The notes under the pieces: model-generated
Databases searched by the model: none
What the model was told of the DNA's origin: nothing
Seen by the model: only the letters and a program-made list of their open reading frames with translations
Position numbers and translations under genes: made by a program
Source of the DNA: Macrostomum lignano
Lineage: Eukaryota
Assembly: GCA_002269645.1 (NCBI GenBank)
Contig: NIVC01001219.1
Location: 1-64,000, forward strand
Direction of reading: 5' to 3'
Length of the DNA: 64,000 nt
Part shown: piece after piece, positions 49,254-64,000 of the stretch
How the letters are laid out: each line of letters opens with the position of its first letter
How positions within the stretch are numbered: the stretch's first letter is position 1

Positions 49254-50310
49254 TCAGTCTGCCCTGTGCCATGATGCCAGTAGATGGTGCTAGTCTCCAG
49301 GGTTCAGTCTGCCTGTGCCATGATGCCAGTGGTTGGTGCTAGTCTCCAGGGTTCAGTCTGCCTGTGCCATGATGCCAGTGGTTGGTGCTAGTCTCCAGGG
49401 TTCAGTCTGCCTGTGCCATGATGCCAGTAGTTGGTGCTAGTCTCCAGGGTTCAGTCTGCCTGTGCCATGATGCCAGTGGTTGGTGCTAGTCTCCAGGGTT
49501 CAGTCTGCCTGTGCCATGATGCCAGTAGTTGGTGCTAGTCTCCAGGGTTCAGTCTGCCTGTGCCATGATGCCAGTGGTTGGTGCTAGTCTCCAGGGTTCA
49601 GTCTGCCTGTGCCATGATGCCAGTAGTTGGTGCTAGTCTCCAGGGTTCAGTCTGCCTGTGCCATGATGCCAGTAGTTGGTGCTAGTCTCCAGGGTTCAGT
49701 CTGCCTGTGCCATGATGCCAGTGGTTGGTGCTAGTCTCCAGGGTTCAGTCTGCCCTGTGCCATGATGCCAGTGGTTGGTGCTAGTCTCCAGGGTTCAGTC
49801 TGCCTGTGCCATGATGCCAGTAGATGGTGCTAGTCTCCAGGGTTCAGTCTGCCTGTGCCATGATGCCAGTAGTTGGTGCTAGTCTCCAGGGTTCAGTCTG
49901 CCTGTGCCATGATGCCAGTGGTTGGTGCTAGTCTCCAGGGTTCAGTCTGCCTGTGCCATGATGCCAGTAGTTGGTGCTAGTCTCCAGGGTTCAGTCTGCC
50001 TGTGCCATGATGCCAGTGGTTGGTGCTAGTCTCCAGGGTTCAGTCTGCCTGTGCCATGATGCCAGTAGTTGGTGCTAGTCTCCAGGGTTCAGTCTGCCTG
50101 TGCCATGATGCCAGTAGTTGGTGCTAGTCTCCAGGGTTCAGTCTGCCTGTGCCATGATGCCAGTGGTTGGTGCTAGTCTCCAGGGTTCAGTCTGCCTGTG
50201 CCATGATGCCAGTAGTTGGTGCTAGTCTCCAGGGTTCAGTCTGCCCTGTGCCATGATGCCAGTGGTTGGTGCTAGTCTCCAGGGTTCAGTCTGCCTGTGC
50301 CATGATGCGC
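49254..50310. repeat. 49-bp minisatellite TTCAGTCTGCCTGTGCCATGATGCCAGTRGTTGGTGCTAGTCTCCAGGG
   Basis: About 21 copies. Confidence 0.97.
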
Positions 50311-50337
50311 AGTCTCTATAGATATTTCAAGTTTCTT

Positions 50338-50690
50338 CAGAGGAGAATCAGGGTCTTCAAAAAAGAATCAGGGTCTACAGAAGGGAATCAGGGACTCCAA
50401 ATTGAATCAGAGTCTCCAGAAGGGAATCGGGGTCTCTAGAAGGGAATCAGGGTCTCTAGAAGGGAATCAGGGTCTCTAGAAGGGAATCAGGGTCTCTAGA
50501 AGGGAATCAGGGTCTCCAGAAGGGAATCAGGGTCTCCAAAAGGGAATCATCCTCCAGAAGGGAATCAGGGTCTCCAGAAGGGAATCAGGGTCTCCAGAAG
50601 GGAATCGGGTCTTCAGAAGGGGAATCAGAGTCTTCAGAAGGGGAGTCAGGGTCTCCAGAAGGGGAACCAGGATCTCTTGAAGTGAATGGA
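50338..50690. repeat. 20-bp minisatellite GAAGGGAATCAGGGTCTCTA
   Basis: About 16 imperfect copies; the unit differs at 2/20 positions from a variant of the 43.3-kb unit. Confidence 0.9.
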
Positions 50691-50769
50691 ATCAGGTCCC
50701 TAAAGGAATTATATCCGATACAAGTATCGCGGTGGCAAACCTTACATTATGAGATGCATTCATGAATAA

Positions 50770-51100
50770 ATTTCTAATCTATTTAGGCAGTCGCTTGGGG
50801 CGAGAAATCAAGATATCAATGAAATCATTCGCGAACTTTCAGCTCTCCCTTTCTAAAAACTTTGCACTTTTGTGTGCCTCCACCATTCTCCCCGATCTTT
50901 CATCACTCACCATTGGCCCTTTCTCTTTGAGGGGTGGCATACAAATCCCATATAGCAGTCTCCCATTTCTCACATGTCCACTAGTAGCAATTGCATTAAT
51001 TATATCTGCTAATCTCATAGCCCTGAGCACACAGGCCACTCAGAGCTCAGTCGCTGAGGGCATAAATCATATTGCATCTGGAGTGGAAATCAGCTGGCTG
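50770..51100 (-). mobile_element. Possible decayed LINE reverse-transcriptase fragment
   Basis: One frame with in-frame stops reads PDAI*..LADIINAIATSGHV....GICMPPLKEKG....AKFLER. It loosely resembles PDGI..LxxLFNxxxxxGxxP..W..A.IxPIxKKG..RxI.L...KxxER. Confidence 0.3.
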
Positions 51101-51123
51101 AACTGTTGGTAAAACATATTTTC

Positions 51124-51812
51124 ACTGACAGCCAAATTGTCACTGGAACCCAAATTGTCACTGTCAGCGAAATTGTCACTGACAGCCAAATTGTCACTGA
51201 CAGCCAAATTGTCACTGACAGCCAAATTGTCACTGACAGCCAAATTGTCACTGACAGCCAAATTGTCACTGACAGCCAAATTGTCACTGACAGCCAAATT
51301 GTCACTGACAGCCAAATTGTCACTGACAGCCAAATTGTCACTGGAACCCAAATTGTCACTGTCAGCGAAATTGTCACTGACAGCCAAATTGTCACTGACA
51401 GCCAAATTGTCACTGACAGCCAAATTGTCACTGACAGCCAAATTGTCACTGACAGCCAAATTGTCACTGACAGCCAAATTGTCACTGACAGCCAAATTGT
51501 CACTGACAGCCAAATTGTCACTGACAGCCAAATTGTCACTGACAGCCAAATTGTCACTGACAGCCAAATTGTCACTGACAGCCAAATTGTCACTGACAGC
51601 CAAATTGTCACTGACAGCCAAATTGTCACTGACAGCCAAATTGTCACTGACAGCCAAATTGTCACTGACAGCCAAATTGTCACTGACAGCCAAATTGTCA
51701 CTGACAGCCAAATTGTCACTGACAGCCAAATTGTCACTGACAGCCAAATTGTCACTGACAGCCAAATTGTCACTGACAGCCAAATTGTCACTGACAGCCA
51801 AATTGTCACAGA
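51124..51812. repeat. 18-bp minisatellite ACTGACAGCCAAATTGTC
   Basis: About 38 copies; generates the spurious TDSQIV/SDNLAV ORFs. Confidence 0.97.
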
Positions 51813-52158
51813 CAGTCAGATTGCCATCGAAAGTCAATTAAACCACATCTACTGTAACTCCCTCTCCAATCAGCTGTCAGGTTGGTTATTATTTCAGCGA
51901 GTTTCCAGTCCAGCTCGCTGATTTTAGAACTCCATGACACTACGGCTCAGCCTTATTGGATTCGACGCCAGTCGACCAATCGAAGTTCTCCGGCTGGGCC
52001 ACAGAAAACGAGCTGGCTGCAGCAGCTAACCGTTCGATCCGATCTGCTTCTGATCAGCAAAATAACTGCTGTCTTCTCACTGATTTTGCAAAGCTACAGG
52101 CAGTCCTGTCACTCAGGCCGGGCACGACGCACCAGAGAGAGACAGACAGACAGCGACA

Positions 52159-62155
<9,997 letters not shown>

Positions 62156-62177
62156 ACTGAAAAGCTGAACTCGAAAC

Positions 62178-62311
62178 CAAGGACCGCTAGAAGTTACCTT
62201 TGTATCAGGTTGTAAATATCGTAAATATTGCAAAATTATTTGAAAGCTCGTCTGTTTACTTTTATTTAGCGATGCTTTTAAAGATACAACGGTAACTTCT
62301 AGTGGTCCTTG
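62178..62311. mobile_element. 134-bp MITE-like element with 29-bp TIRs
   Basis: CAAGGACCGCTAGAAGTTACCTTTGTATC vs GATACAACGGTAACTTCTAGTGGTCCTTG (27/29 complementary). No TSD seen. Confidence 0.65.
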
Positions 62312-62609
62312 CTTGAAACTCGTGTGAAAATTTCACTGAAGTCCACTTTTCGCTGCCAAATGCATCAGCAATATAGGAAGCTAGAAAGTGGTCAATTGTC
62401 TTAACACTAAATTGACAATAGCTCAGCCTCTGGACTTCCGAATTTCCGAATCAAGCAAGTGTGCAGGGGCTGTTTTCTTAGAAATGCTAGTTTAGACAGG
62501 AAAAATTCCTTATTAATAATACAATTTTCAAACTGATATACCGGCTAGATCAACTTTTGAGTGAAACCGCACACCATGCAATAACGGTGGTGCTGTAATA
62601 ATGATAGCA

Positions 62610-62915
62610 TAGGGGTTGTGGCCTAGTGGTTAGAGTATCGGATTCCTAACTGAAAGGTCGGGGGTTCGATTCACTACCCATTCGGAACAATTTGTGTCCT
62701 TGAGCAAGACACTTAACTCTGCATTGCTTCAGTTCACCCAGCTGTAAAATGGGTGCCAGCATTAGCTGGGGTAATTGAGGGTGTGTGTGGCGACCCCCCA
62801 GTCCTTGGACTGAACAGCCGTACGCAGCCTTCAGATGCGCCGCGCAATAGCTGCGGCTGAGCTGTCGGTTGCTGCCCCATTAGGGTAGGTGTAATCAATT
62901 ATTATAGTTTTTATT
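62610..62915 (+). mobile_element. tRNA-derived SINE family A, near full length
   Basis: A-box TGGCCTAGTGG, B-box GGTTCGATTC, CORE-like GTGTCCTTGAGCAAGACACTTAAC..CAGCTGTAAAATGGG and a TTA-rich tail. Confidence 0.88.
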
Positions 62916-63829
62916 ATAGCACATCGAGCTCTTTAGGATTAGGGTTGGGGTTATGATTTCTGTATCCGCAATTTTGAAAATTAAAATTCGAGATATACCT
63001 GACATCAATTCCTAACTTCGATTGTACAATTGCAGCGAAAGTTGACCTTCACTGAAATTCGCACCATCCGGACATTTTCAGTTTCAGCTGCCCGTACGGA
63101 TAGTGCGGTTAAATAGATGGTTAGAAACGACAATAGCGGAGGGGTAACCCCGTTGAAACAAACTCTCTCGCACCGGTCTATCCCGGATCGGATTCCCTGA
63201 TGCGGTTGCACTAATGCTGGTCTGAGGCCTGCAATATTATTTACACTCATAAGGGCCAAACCTCGATACTGAGGGTGTTTTCATATCGTCCAGACTTTTT
63301 GATTCTTACCGTGAAGCCACCCCTCAGGGCGCAGTGAGAAAGTACCTTCGTGTGATCGAGTGAATGACAGCTTTTGTCCTTTTGCTAGAGTCTGGAGCCA
63401 TGGACATGGCTGGTTGCGGGTTCTGGCTGCGCCAAGGACTATAGTATTTAGAAATCTGTTACCAAATGAATGCTCTTTCTATTTGCGAACTTTATTGAGA
63501 GCATTACTCAAATTTGCAGACTGCTCATTCGCCCACAAAGAATACGACTGGGCAACACTGAAAATATCCAGCAACTGGAGCACCTCCAACTTCTGGAAGC
63601 AGGAAAATTTTAAGGTGAGCCTGCGGTAAGGAATTTGAGCGGGGGCGAGTCTATAACTAAATCAGTTCTGTTTTGATTTCAGAAACACGAAAAAACACTT
63701 TTCCAGTAGATTAGGATAGATAGTTCTTTTCCCAGCTCAGCTTCCCAATGACTCGCCATTTTTTAGCAATGCAGTTGTTTAGGAAATAATTGGCTATGGT
63801 TAATCAGATGCTTCGGATTGTGTTTGAAA

Positions 63830-64000
63830 TGCATTAATACAGTAATACATTAATATAGTAATACAGTAATATAGTAATAGTAATATTAATAGTAATAGTA
63901 ATATAGTAATAGTAATATAGTAATATAGTAATACAGTAGTACAGTAATACAGTAATACATTAATACAGTAATAGTAATACAGTGTCAGTAATACAGTAAT
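63830..64000. repeat. Degenerate 8-bp repeat AGTAATA(C/T)
   Basis: Tandem copies running to the window end. Confidence 0.85.

Noticed and set aside
45344-50310. 32-bp and 49-bp regular repeats as CRISPR arrays
   Set aside because: Units are head-to-tail with no unique spacers, there are no cas genes, and the context is eukaryotic
51067-51921. Long ORFs of TDSQIV/SDNLAV/LTAKLS repeats resembling antifreeze or beta-solenoid proteins
   Set aside because: An 18-bp unit without stops opens four frames at once; there is no splice or start context and no synonymous variation
62610-62685. tRNA-like sequences (also 27.4, 32.1, 38.4, 54.0, 56.9, 59.2 kb)
   Set aside because: A/B boxes are present but I could not fold a full cloverleaf, and each continues into a shared SINE body
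63360-63629. ORF with a GTGAGC donor as the next ENaC exon
   Set aside because: GWLRVLAAPRT only loosely resembles GxRVxVHxPG, the following palm/thumb motifs are absent, and codon usage is AT-rich unlike the other exons

Overview
Eukaryotic (animal) genomic DNA with spliceosomal introns. The GC3-rich exons, poly-Q/A/H tracts and minisatellite-filled introns suggest a free-living flatworm such as Macrostomum; this is an inference, not a database result. I reconstructed five protein-coding genes by hand from phase-consistent GT-AG junctions. (1) A TALE-class PREP/PKNOX homeobox gene on the minus strand, whose last homeodomain exon(s) appear to lie before base 1. (2) A 3-exon, 486-aa gene of unknown function with faint Mab-21/cGAS-like motifs. 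(3, 4) Two convergent ionotropic glutamate receptor-like paralogs in which the signal peptide splices straight onto the S1 ligand-binding domain, so they lack the amino-terminal domain, and whose SYTANLAAF gate motif is rewritten. (5) The 5' part of a DEG/ENaC channel with PG in place of the HG motif. About a quarter of the window (~17 kb by rough summation) is tandem repeat, much of it abutting splice sites. The window also carries two tRNA-derived SINE families, several MITEs, a foldback-like inverted minisatellite pair and decayed LINE fragments. No CRISPR, rRNA or true tRNA gene was found. Most long ORFs in the supplied track are repeat artefacts.
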